In this document: piece after piece, positions 24,690 through 37,011 of the stretch
Numbering within the stretch: position 1 is the first letter of the stretch
Layout of the letters: each line of letters begins with the position of its first letter
Source of the DNA: Octopus sinensis
Lineage: Eukaryota
Reading direction: 5' to 3'
Assembly (NCBI RefSeq): GCF_006345805.1
Contig: NC_043001.1
Coordinates: forward strand, 7,440,001 to 7,504,000
DNA: 64,000 nt
Program-made: the position numbers and the translations under genes
The notes under the pieces: model-generated
Told to the model about the DNA's origin: nothing
Databases searched by the model: none
What the model saw: the letters and a program-made list of their open reading frames with translations, nothing else

Positions 24690-25990
24690 GTTATGTATGT
24701 GTGTGAGTGTTGTGTGTGTGTGTGTGTGAGTGTGCACGTTGTGTGTGTGTGTGCGCCTGTGTATATATATATGTGTGTGTGTGTGCACTGTATGCGTGTG
24801 TGTGTATGTGTGTGCGCGCGCGTTGTGTGTGTGTGCACGTGTATATATATGTGTGTGTGTGTGTGCACTGTGTGCGTGTGTGTGTGTATGTGTGTGTGTG
24901 TGTGAGCATTGTGTACGTGTGTATGTATTTACATGTGGATTTGTTTATATATATATATATGTGTGTGTGTGTGTTGTGTGTGTATATGCACGGTATGTGT
25001 GTATATGTGAGTACATGTTTGTGTGTGTGTGCGGTATGTAGGAGATATATTTGAGTGTGTACGCTATAGGTTTGTATTTTGTGTGTATGGTATTTGTGTG
25101 AATTTTATATATTATATGTGGTATGTGTGTGAAAAAAATATATATATGTGCATGTATGTATGTATGTATATGTATATATATATTATATATATATATATAT
25201 ATATATGATGTGGTGTTGTATGTGTGTGTGTGTATATATATTTGCATGTATATGTGTGTATAAACAGGTGCATTATTTGCATGCGCATTGTGTATATGTA
25301 TATTGTATGTATGTGTATTTATATGTATGTGTACAATTAAGTGTATATATGTGTGTGTATGTGTGCATTGTATATATGTATATTGTAGGTGTGCTATATA
25401 TACATGAATGCATGTATATGCGTTGCGTGTATATATATGTATGCATTGTATATGTATGTTATGTGTGTGTGTGTCTATATATATTATATGTATGCGTACG
25501 TGTATGTGTATGCATTGTATGTATGTATATTGTGTGTATATGTGGTATATCTATGTATGTGTATGTAAACACTATTTATATGTATATATGTATATATGTA
25601 TATGCATTGTCTATATATATATTATTATATGTATGTATTGCGTATGTATATTGCATGCATATATTGTGTATGTGTATTATATACATGCTGTGTATGGTAT
25701 TGTATGTGCATATGTATGGCAGGTGTATTTGTGTGATATTTATATTATGTATATATGTGTGCGTGTGTTGTGTGTGTGTGTTAGTGTGTGTGTGTTGTGT
25801 TGTGTATGTGTTATTATGTGTGTATATTATATATAAATACATGTTATATTGTGTGCTGTGTGTATATATTATATATGTGGGTGCGTTGTGTGTGTGAGTG
25901 TTCTGTGTGTGTGTGTGTGTGTGTGTTGGTTGTGTGTATGTGGTGTGTGTTTGTTATACTATGTTGTGTGTGTTGTTGTTGTTGTGGGTG
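24690..25990. repeat. degenerate (TG)n/(TA)n low-complexity tract inside the PLE 3' region
   Basis: Direct reading; generates many spurious Cys/Val/Tyr ORFs. Confidence 0.9.
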
Positions 25991-26561
25991 TGGTATATAT
26001 GTGTGTGACAAACAGACGCTGTCTGACCAGCAGGGCACACGGACACATCTATTCACACCCGCATACTCACCTCCCAATAACCCCAAAATCACTGATGCTT
26101 GAAGGGGAAGTATAACCAAACTGGGTACACATCTTTTTTCTCTCAATTCAACTTTCTGCTGAAACAAACAGGTCAGTAAAAAACAAATTCTCGGCCTTCG
26201 ATTCAAAATATTCTGAGATGTCTAAAATATCCATTTTAATTTTCTCTGTCAATATTACAAGCTTTCTCACCAAACTATTACACTTCCTTATGTCTTTAAC
26301 ATGTCCTTTCTACCAAAGACTGTATATATATACATGTAATGTGACAATTTGCGACAACCAATAATTAACGCAACCAAATTCCAATAATATTTGTTTTATT
26401 CTTTTCTGCCAATTTTACAAATATTCTCATCACACTATTGAACTTTTTTATACTATATTTATACATGTAATGTGACAATTATGTATAAAAAACATTTTTG
26501 AATTCATAATATTCAATGTGACAATTATGTAAAAAACTTTTTTGAACCCATAATATTCATG

Positions 26562-26605
26562 TTACTTTTGACAATCTTTTACCAAAGAGTGAAACGGTTA
26601 AGTAA
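26562..26605 (+). ncRNA. second copy of the U3-A8 hammerhead motif (1-nt deletion in stem III)
   Basis: TTACTT-TTGACAA-TCTTTTACCAAAGAGT-GAAAC-G-GTT-AAGTAA. Confidence 0.55.
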
Positions 26606-26684
26606 GTAAATAAAACATCGTTTAAATTGCATTTTCAAACCTTTTTTCATATATAATCCCACTCGTACGATACCCCACAACTCA

Positions 26685-26762
<78 letters not shown>

Positions 26763-26770
26763 ATATATTA

Positions 26771-27040
26771 AGGTATGTAGAAAAATACAACATGGAAAAG
26801 AACGTATAACTCTTAGAAGACGATACAATAAACACGGACAAGACATTCGAAACCCTCGGTCTTCAGTCAAGAACCGGATCATCGTAGTAATTTCGGCTGA
26901 TTAATCTTGAGATTACTAGATCACGGCCAGCCCTCCAAGAAAAACTAAGCAACGAGCATTAGAAAAACTAAGCTGGGAGCGTAGATTTCCTGGAAGAAGG
27001 GTCGAATGCATACGGACACCAGGACATAGAGAATATGAGG
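26771..27040 (-). mobile_element. interspersed repeat abutting (TA)n, possible PLE pLTR
   Basis: Minus strand has CTGAAGA...TCGAATGTC near a (TA)n-abutting end; not a clean hammerhead. Confidence 0.35.
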
Positions 27041-27251
27041 GTGTATACTATTCGTGATCTAAACGAATAGGTACGCTGAGCAATTGGTATAATTTGTCAT
27101 CCGTTAGATTCCAACTTTGAAACTTAGGCTGGAGCTAGGAATTTGTATTAGGCTTCAATGAAAGCAATTATATATTAGAGGAAAAGGACAAGAAAAACCA
27201 ACACTTCAGATAATCGACCTGCCTTGGTTTCTGTTGCCCTCTCCCTCTTAT

Positions 27252-27305
<54 letters not shown>

Positions 27306-27584
27306 ACACACTCACATATATACATGCCATTTCAACGAAGAGGGTTGTCGCAAAGGCGGTGAACAGGACGGCCTGCTCGTGAATATTACTTGGACGTGTG
27401 TGAGTACTGCACAAAAACGGGCCGCAGAAACCTAGTGTTCAGAGAGATTCTGCCAGACAAATGTGGCCCTTTGAAATACAGTTACTACACATTTTTGATA
27501 GGTGAATGGATTGAAGGATCGTGAATTAAAGTGTTTGGTTCAAGTGCACGATGCGCTGCCAGTAATCGAGCTGACGAACTTATC

Positions 27585-27954
27585 GTGGAACTCCGTCGGT
27601 TACGAAGACGAGGCTTCCAGTTGATCCGTTCAACGGACCAGCCTGCTCGTGAAATTAACGTGCAAGTGACCGAGCACTCCACAGACACTTAACGTAGTTC
27701 TCGGGGAGATTCAGCGTGACACAGTGTATGACAAGGCTGGCCTTGTGAAATACAGGTACAAGAGAAACATGAAGAAAGAGTGAGAGAAAATTGTGGTGAA
27801 AGAGTACAGCAGGGTTCGCCACCTACTGCCGGAACCTCATAAGTATTTATGTGTTTTCGGTCGATAAACACTCACAACGACCGGTCTGTGAATCGCAACC
27901 GCGATCCTACTGCTGAGAGTCCGCTGCCCTAACCACTGGACCATTGCCCCTCCA
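27585..27954 (-). mobile_element. tRNA-derived SINE, third family
   Basis: Head TGGAGGGGCAATGGTCCAGTGGTTAGGGCAGCGG (A-box), GGTTGCGATTC (degenerate B-box); a diverged partial relative at ~27350-27500 shares GCCTGCTCGTGAA. Confidence 0.8.
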
Positions 27955-28515
27955 CTTCACAACCTTATAATCATGACCGAAAGCCCAAACCACTAAGACA
28001 AGCACCTTCGACATATATGTATTACCCTTGTAGTTTGCTTCATAGTGCTCTTACACAGGTATTGGCTACCAGGTGCAATTTCACAACAAAATCGAACGTA
28101 TTTATGATCGTATCAATGCATGTCCATAGATTATATATGCAACAATATGTAAACAAAACCGCCTGGATCGAACAAACACCCGATATTACATGATATTACA
28201 GTTTTTTTTTCATCTACACGTTACCCACAGATAATTTCAGTAATATTATTATGTGATAAATACATTAAATTTATTAGATTACATCCGTATAATCTAAATG
28301 ACATGCGGGAGTCTTCTTTCGCAATGTCGCTGAGATAATAAGGACGAATGCAATAAAATTAATGTATATATTATTATATAACAATGATAATTTGACAATT
28401 ATCTACTGGTAAAGTCAACATGAAACAATTGCAATACTTGGCAATAAAGCGGGTTTGCGCCACTCATTCCTTCCTGTTTATATATTGTAACGAATATCAT
28501 CATCATCATCATGAA

Positions 28516-28558
<43 letters not shown>

Positions 28559-28561
<3 letters not shown>

Positions 28562-29130
28562 TAGTTTATTTTTATATCGTGCTTTCACTTCACTACCGGG
28601 CACAGCTCTGTGTGCCTTGGGTATGTGCTGTGATTTGTTGTGATGCTCTGATGGTTATTGTATGGAAAGTGTTCTGCGTAGGATGTGTGCAGTGCTAGTA
28701 GTGCAATTTTCTGTATGTTATGTGTGTTGTAAGTCCTGGTGTTTTTGTTATGTATTTGTCTGAATATTTTTTTATCATGCCTAATGCACCTACTATGATA
28801 GGAATGTTTCTGTTTTCAGGTTCCACATTCTAGTTACCTCTATTTCCAGGTCTTTGTATTTTGAGAGTTTCTCCATTTCTTTTAGAGACACGTTGTCATC
28901 TGCGGTATTGATACATCAATTAGAAAGCATTCTTCTCATGATCTCTGACAACTATATCTGGTCTGTTGGCCTTAATTTCTCTATCTGTATGTATCGGCAT
29001 ATCCCAGAGTATGGTTGCTTTCTCGTTTTCTGTGACTTTTTCTGGTGTGTGCCTATACCATCTTTTTTCTGATGTTATTCCACCATCTTTTTTCTGATGT
29101 TATTCCACCATCTTTTTTCTGATGTTATTC

Positions 29131-29132
<2 letters not shown>
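28559..29132 (-). mobile_element. R4/Dong-clade LINE 3' fragment (restriction-like endonuclease) inserted in (TAA)n
   Basis: WYRHTPEKVTENEKATILWDMPIHTDREIKANRPDIVV...IDVSIP.DDNVSLKEMEKLSKYKDLEIEVTRMW...PIIVGALG; (ATT)n on both flanks. Confidence 0.92.
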
Positions 29133-29179
<47 letters not shown>

Positions 29180-29296
29180 TACATCTGTGTAATACATACA
29201 TGCTTATGTAAATAGGAAGTGTGAATGAGGAAGAGATGTATCAGCAAGAGTGTGTACATGTGTGTGTGTGCGTATTGAATGAAATAATTCTGTATA

Positions 29297-29448
29297 GGCG
29301 CAGGAGTGGCTGTGTGGTAAGTAGCTTGTTTACCAACGACATGGTTCCGGGTTCAGTCCCACCGCGTGGCATATTAGGCAACTGTCTTCTATTATAGCCT
29401 CAAAGCTTGTGAGTGGATTTGGTAGACGGAAACTGAAAGAAGTCCATC

Positions 29449-29490
<42 letters not shown>

Positions 29491-29492
29491 TA

Positions 29493-29523
<31 letters not shown>

Positions 29524-29758
29524 AATGCGTGTGCGTTTGTGTGTTTGTGTCTGTGATTGTCTTCCCATCATCGCTTGACAACCGATGCTGGTGTGTTTAT
29601 GTCCCCGTAAGCTAGCGGTTCGGTAAAATAGCCCGATCGAATAAGTACTACGCTTACAAAGAATAAGTCCTGCGGTCGAATTGTTCGACTAAAGGCGGTG
29701 CACCATCACGGCCGCAGTCTAATAACTGAAACAAGTAAAAGAATAGAAGAATAAAAGA
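29297..29758 (+). mobile_element. tRNA-derived SINE, long family
   Basis: GGCGCAGGAGTGGCTGTGTGGTAAG head, GGTTCAGTCCC B-box, same tail as the other copies. Confidence 0.92.
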
Positions 29759-30594
29759 ACGTTGCACATACGATATACGTTAGTTTTATATGGATTAATA
29801 ACATGTCTGATTTTAAATCATTTATTCACCATAAAGAAGAAAGGAAACACAATTCTTAAATACGTATTATTCAACATATTTACTTATCAATACATTACAC
29901 AATGTAGACACGATAATAATATTATTTTTTCGGCGACCTATTGTAACATTGAAGTAGTATTTTATAGATCTGCAAACCGGTAGCTGGCTTTTCTTACAAA
30001 AAAAAAAAAAAAGAAATGTATTATAAGATAAATACATAAATATATTTTACTAATACAAGCTGTCACTGTATGGTAAACTAAAGCAAGTTGTAGAAAACAA
30101 ATTTCTCAAAAGCTGTATTTACTTAGGCTGCCATGCAAATCTGTCTACCTGATCAGACGGGCTCCATTCACAGCAGTAATAAGATTCCTGCTCGTAAAGC
30201 ACGAAATATTGAAATCACACAAACCTTCCAACATAGAAATATACGATTATCGCATGCGTCACGTGAGATCAATATGCTGGCCGTTGGCACGCGAACGCTA
30301 AGAATAATCAACGGATATACTAATACAGTTCGCCAGCTTTTGACACGAGATTGTTGATTGCAGTAGATTGTATCAAATACACTTTGACGTATCTCTATCG
30401 GTGGCAAGGGCAAGTTGTGTTGCATGACCGTCTATTTTTGTATAATGAATTCAACTTTCTTTGTTATACAAGTAATGTGACAATTGATAAAAAGGTAAAA
30501 GAAACAGTTTGATGTAGGCATGTTGTTCTCTGTTCACTTTGTATTTTCTAACATATGAAAGAAATTCACAATGTTTGTAGAAGCCGTCAAGAAT

Positions 30595-30743
30595 ACACAC
30601 ATATACATACATACCCGCAAACACACACACGTACAAACACATACATATTTGCATAATAAATAATATATATATAGTTATATATATATATATTTATGTATAT
30701 ATATATACTTAAATATATATATACACACACACACATATATATA

Positions 30744-30809
<66 letters not shown>

Positions 30810-31030
30810 TACACGCGCACACACACACATATATAAATAAATATATATATATAAACACGTGTGTGTGTTTGTCAGTATTTATATCATTAAATATATACGT
30901 ATATGCATACGTTTGTTTGTGTGTATAAGCGTGTGTGTGTATGTGTGTGTGTGTGTCTGTATGTGTGTGTGTGTATGTGTGTGTGTCTGTGTGTGTGTGC
31001 ATGTGTCTGTGTCTGTGTGTGTGTCTACAT
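30595..31030. repeat. compound (CA)/(TA)/(TG) microsatellite
   Basis: Direct runs. Confidence 0.95.
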
Positions 31031-31689
31031 GTTTGTTACTGTACTTTCATCATCTTCAGATGTTGAAACGAAATGGGAACAAAATGTAAATATACTTCTC
31101 CACAGTTGTAACATTACCAACGATATTAGGAAGAATACCGAGGCGTAAGTATGGCGAAATCTATGACTGTTTGACAACGTTATCACATCATAACACGCAC
31201 AGAGGCTTTTTAAAGATTCGGAAGTTGTAACGGGTATTGGCCGTTACAAAGACACGTGTGTACTTTCAAAAACCGGTTTAGAATTATATGTACCTAAGTG
31301 TTTGTCTGTCACATTGTGTTTGCGTTTACGTCACTGAATGTGACTGTTTATAAATATAGATAAATGCGTGTGTAAATCTGTGTGCATATATTCATTCAAC
31401 ATTTTCCAGTACACCTCTGTCAACATCTGTACGTAAGTGAAGCCAAATCGATCAAAATTATAAATTTAACTTAAAGTAATTTGCTCTAAAATAGAGGTAC
31501 AGCTTATGCAAAAATACGCTACACTGTGCAAATATTAAATATTAGCATTGCAAAGCACAATGTATCTCTCTACATACCCAACTGTATGCATATGTATGTG
31601 TATCCATTTATATACGTGATCGGTCATTCAAAATGTGACCGCGTGTATACCGTTGGCGATTTTTTTACTCCGTCTTCCCTTCTTTGGAT

Positions 31690-31835
31690 CTTTTCTTTTC
31701 CTATGTTTCTGACGAATAGCTCCGCTCGAAATGTTGTACCCTCCTTCTTCCCTTCTTTCCTGAGCGTCCAATATGCTTGTTCCACGTCCTCGCGTTGTTG
31801 TGTTTTCTCTTTGTGTTTTCACGTTTGGATTAACT
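31690..31835 (+). mobile_element. short HHR-bearing repeat, family A
   Basis: Reverse complement of 18971-19104; hammerhead remnant at 31705-31739: GTTT-CTGACGA-ATAGC-TCC-GCTC-GAAAT-GTT-GTAC. Confidence 0.75.
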
Positions 31836-31847
31836 ATATATATATAT

Positions 31848-32003
31848 CTCCGTGTTTCTTTTCTGTGTATCTTTCTGTTGAAGAGCGTAGGCTCGAAACG
31901 TAAAAGACTTGTTTTATTTATATTCCTGAGTGCCATACTAATACAATTGTTTGTTTGTACTCCACCTGCCTTCATCTTTTGTTTATTTTCATAAAGCTTC
32001 CCG

Positions 32004-32005
<2 letters not shown>
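31848..32005 (+). mobile_element. short HHR-bearing repeat, family B
   Basis: Homologous to 47611-47720 (minus); bounded by (TA)n. Confidence 0.75.
31870..31907 (+). ncRNA. minimal type I hammerhead motif (family B; A6U change)
   Basis: TCTTT-CTGTTGA-A-GAGC-GTAG-GCTC-GAAAC-GTA-AAAGA; 5-bp stem I, 4-bp stem II, ACGT palindromic stem III. Confidence 0.7.
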
Positions 32006-32040
<35 letters not shown>

Positions 32041-32230
32041 GTATTAATTTATAAAAATATGGTAAAGTAAAAAAATTCACTTTACCACACACCGAACTTT
32101 TCAGAAATAGCAGCCAAAAATTTGGCTTTTTCTTCAACTGCAAATAAAAGTCTCCAGACAATGCATACTCAGAAAATAACTCACATAGGTATAAGGGAAA
32201 AACAATGAAAGATCACATCCATATACGATA

Positions 32231-32292
32231 CCCGAGGACAGTCTGTTTCTGGATTTGTGGGTAAAACGCCACTTTTCCTTCATCAGCTCAGA
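32231..32292 (-). ncRNA. type I hammerhead ribozyme, canonical core (family C, left arm)
   Basis: Exact reverse complement of 32526-32587. Confidence 0.8.
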
Positions 32293-32525
32293 GATTTCTT
32301 CTGATTTAGATTTGAAATACTAAGAATCAAACATACCCGTCCGATATCTGTAACATCGGACAAACCATGCCAGACACTCACGTGGGTGGACAGGGAGAAT
32401 AATAGATCTCATTCGTATTTTTGGATTCGCTAGTACTGGGTGTCTGGCATGGTTTGTCCGATGTTACAGATATCGGACGGGTATGTTTGATTCTTAGTAT
32501 TTTCAAATCTAAATCAGAAGAAATC

Positions 32526-32587
32526 TCTGAGCTGATGAAGGAAAAGTGGCGTTTTACCCACAAATCCAGAAACAGACTGTCCTCGGG
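32526..32587 (+). ncRNA. type I hammerhead ribozyme, canonical core (family C, right arm)
   Basis: TCTGAG-CTGATGA-A-GGA-AAA-GTGG-CGTTTTAC-CCAC-AAA-TCC-A-GAAAC-AG-A-CT-GTC-CTCGGG; predicted GUC cleavage after 32581. Confidence 0.8.
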
Positions 32588-32867
32588 TATCGTATATGGA
32601 TGTGATCTTTCATTGTTTTTCCCTTATACCTATGTGAGTTATTTTCTGAGTATGCATTGTCTGGAGACTTTTATTTGCAGTTGAAGAAATAGCCAAATTT
32701 TTGGCTGCTATTTCTGAAAAGTTCGGTGTGTGGTAAGTGATTTTTTTTACTTTACCATATTTTTATAAATTAATACTTCAAATATACCGTAAATGGTCTT
32801 TACATACCGAATACTGCTTGGTCGAATTTATTAACAATTAATAATTCTACCCCCTTTTTTTATGACA

Positions 32868-32922
<55 letters not shown>

Positions 32923-33356
32923 GGTGGGGTATATATTTTTTTCTCAAATAGTTAAGATTGAGAAAAGAACCTCATTAGAAAGTCGAAAGTTGCTAACCAT
33001 TGGAAAGTGATTTCACAAACAGTGTGTATGCTTTACTTTTATAAATGTGCAAGCGCTTTCAGTTCCTAACATTTTCAAGTTGTTTTCAATAAAATTGTCG
33101 ACTATTTCCGGTTTACTTTCGGACTCAGAAATCTTATGAAATATGCTTATTTTGCCCTCCGGAGAAGGTCGTTCTCTTCACATATTTTATGAAGAGGAAA
33201 AATTGTAAAGTGAGTGCAACATTATACAGAATTATTTCGTTTAATTCACACGCACATATGCACACTCTCTTACTGACACATATCTCCCTCACTCACACTT
33301 CCTATTTACATATGTGTGTCTAGACACACATATGTATACACACACAGGTGTCCAAA

Positions 33357-34500
33357 TGATTGTTACATTGTATGCATCTAAGTTCAGGTTGTTTCATTTA
33401 ATGTCTGTGCACATTTGGACGGTTGGTTCGTTTCGTTTTTGTTTCCCCAATATAATGTTCGTTGCATCGTGTGCTTGTGATACAATACATCGAGCTGTTC
33501 AATGCAGTGCTGCTTTCTGCAAGTGCTCCACCCTTATTGAACCCCCTATTTCTTCCATGTACTTCTCAAGATTTTTACTCACTGTTCCCAAGGCTACGGC
33601 AATTACTGGTACTAGTATCAACATTTCCAGTGACCACCGCTAACCTGTTATATTTATCGACTTTTCTTTCTTCCTTATCGCATACCCTGTTGTCATCTAG
33701 GTTTGCTATAATCTATGACCCAGCATCGTTCGCTTTCTTTCTTAATTAATACTATTCCTGTTTTCTTATTCTCTATCTCATGGTTTCACTGAATTTATAG
33801 AATTCCATAGTATCTTTGCATTATCATTTTCGATTATGCCTTTGTGTTTATGTTCATACCACATTTTTGCTCTCTCAAGTCCATACTTGATGAACAGTGT
33901 CCAATGGACAATCTTTGCTATATTGTCATGACGTTTCTTATACTCTTTCTTGGTCAGTGGCGTACATTGAATGGAAATATGCCATACAGTTTCACTATTT
34001 TGGCCACAAATTCTGCACTTATCATTTTCTGATATGTTGTCTATTCTGTATTTGACGCAATTGCTTCTTAATGTTTGTTCTTAGGCAGCACAGACTAGAC
34101 CCTCCGTTTCCCGTATTAAATTACTTTTATTCATCCATAGCCATTTTCTCTCTGTCTGTCTTATATTCAACATCCCAATGAAGTTATTCACCCATTCCTT
34201 TCTGTATCCAACTATTTTCAGTTTCCATCTAGCTCAAGTCGTTGTACCGTGCTTTATCTTTGCAATAGTCCATACTACACAAGCTTAAGCTTCTTATGTC
34301 CGAGATTAGCGGTTCTGTGACACAGATTTCATACCATACTATGTTGTTTTTCTTCTGTCCCAATGCCGTGTTTGCATCCAATCAGTCCTCTCTCCCCCTC
34401 TATTTGTCGCTACATACAATCTTTCTGTTACATACAGTCTGTGTTACATGCATTATGTATCACATTATGGATGGAGTATCCAATATTTAGTGAGTAACTT
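33357..34500 (-). mobile_element. decayed R4/Dong-clade LINE 3' region (second subfamily)
   Basis: DNRVCDKEERKVDKY...LVPVIAVALGTVSKNLEKYMEEIG...QKAAL.*TAR; many stops and frameshifts; lies next to the large (ATT)n array. Confidence 0.75.
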
Positions 34501-34693
34501 CCTCATCGTTCTCTCTAAACTGTTTAGTTGTCTACTGTTCACGCGATTACCGCTGCTGCATATCTTCGGAGTGGAAACGCCCAGGTGTTGATATATTTAA
34601 TCTTATTCCGTGCGTTTAATTTTGACTTAATAATCAGGTTCAGTCTGCGCAAGTACTCAACCTTAAATTTTCTGTCATTTCTTTCCACATTGT

Positions 34694-35190
<497 letters not shown>

Positions 35191-36040
35191 AGTAGTCGTT
35201 TCCTTTTATTATTGTTGTTGTTGTTGCCGTTACTTCTTTCTGTTTGCGAACTTGAACTTTTCTGTATCACATGAAAACAACGAACAGCAGAACGAAAAGT
35301 AGACACTCCGACTTTATTATTAACTGATATACTATATGGAGCATAACATTACAGGAAGACAGACTATGTTAGAATATGCAACAAAACATGAAGCAAAGAA
35401 AACTTTTGCAATATATCTTCCTCCATTTAAAAGAAAATTGCCTCAAAAACGTACAACTGTATGCCCGGGGAGCAGAACGAAAATTATTACATTACAAAAC
35501 ACAGGAAATTATTCCAAACCGTGTACGCACATGATAATCAATCGGGCATGGACAGAGACACAACAAAACTTTTGTTGATATAATATTACATCCGGATAGC
35601 GAAGGAGATCTCCGTTGATAATATAAGCTAGTCATTATTTAAACCAGTTACCCTGAGGTCATGTGATCAATATAATTCTTCTTCCTAGCTGACACGTAAA
35701 AGAAAATTATACGATTTTTGACGTGATTGCAAACGAACAATTGTTATAAAGAAAATGCAATTTACAGCTGAACTTAAACGTGGGCTCGAAAAGAACAGAA
35801 GACGAAGAACGAGATACTCGTGTCTATGAAGCGTACCTAATAGCTATTTGAACAAAGAACAATATTACATGTTGAGACATATGATTTACTGATTCGCGCC
35901 AACAAATGCAAGACGCAGCAGTAAGGAGCCATTTAAATTTGCTGCATCTATGTTTGTACCAACAAGAGATTCCGAAGAGAGCAGCAACATAAATATTAAT
36001 ATTCGTAAAGAGGAATGTAATATTATATACATACATGCAT

Positions 36041-36045
36041 TTCTA

Positions 36046-36088
<43 letters not shown>

Positions 36089-36123
36089 ATTATCTATCTA
36101 TCTATCTTCTAGCTATCTAATAT

Positions 36124-36163
<40 letters not shown>

Positions 36164-36314
36164 TAGCTATATATCTATCTATGTCTGTCTGTGTATCTAT
36201 CTATCTATTATCTATCTATCTATTATCTATCTATATGTGTCTGTTCTGTTTGCCTGCCTATCTATCTATCTATCTATCTATCGTCTATATATTTATCTAT
36301 TTATATCCCTCTCT

Positions 36315-36345
<31 letters not shown>

Positions 36346-36400
36346 GATTTATATATTATATATTATATAATATATATATATATAATATATATATATATAT
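36041..36400. repeat. (ATCT)n then (TA)n microsatellite
   Basis: Direct runs. Confidence 0.95.
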
Positions 36401-37011
36401 ATGGTGTGTGTGTTTTGTGGGGGCACGGGGTTTGTATTGTGTGTGTATATATACAAATGCATGTATAAGAGGTACCATGAAGCTTAAGCGCTTTCTATAT
36501 AACTTAAACCCAAATGTGGAGTAACTGTCACAATTTCCATATGAGATACAGTTATATATGGAAGAGCCTGGGACCCGTGTTCAGCTTCAACAATCCCCAG
36601 CATTTAAGGGTCAGAGGCAAACATGCAAAAGGGCGTGAGTAGCGTTTACGTCCTTAGCAATTTTCATACATTAATTTATAATAATCTAATATAACTCAGT
36701 ATAGGCCTGAGTCATCTATACGTTTATATATATATATAAATGAAAGAATGGAGTCGAACGAAGATGTTAACAAAATTCCTTTACTCTCGACATATTTTGT
36801 TAACATCTTCGTTCGACTCCATTCTTTCATTTATTCATATACAACACAAATTTCTGCACATGAACCCGGAGTTTCTACCCTTGGACAGGTCGATTCAACC
36901 GTGTTTCTTGACGTGAATTTGCTACCCTATTTCGGTTCAACGAATAACCATGCTGACGATAAACATAGGATAATTCATTCACCTATTTAAATATATATCT
37001 ATATTATATAA

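Larger units (their letters stand above)
23168..26650 (+). mobile_element. Neptune-type Penelope-like element: inverted pLTR + 5'-truncated ORF + 3' UTR + pLTR
   Basis: Arms 23168-23849 and ~25965-26650 are reverse complements of each other; GIY-YIG coding remnant lies between them. Confidence 0.88.
32037..32780. mobile_element. 744-bp palindromic element (344-bp inverted arms, 56-bp spacer) carrying two hammerheads; likely head-to-head PLE pLTRs
   Basis: 32037-32380 is the reverse complement of 32437-32780, with only a handful of differences by eye. Confidence 0.9.

Noticed and set aside
26835-26870. CTGAAGA...TCGAATGTC on the minus strand
   Set aside because: Lacks GAAA and a convincing stem II; at most a heavily decayed motif.
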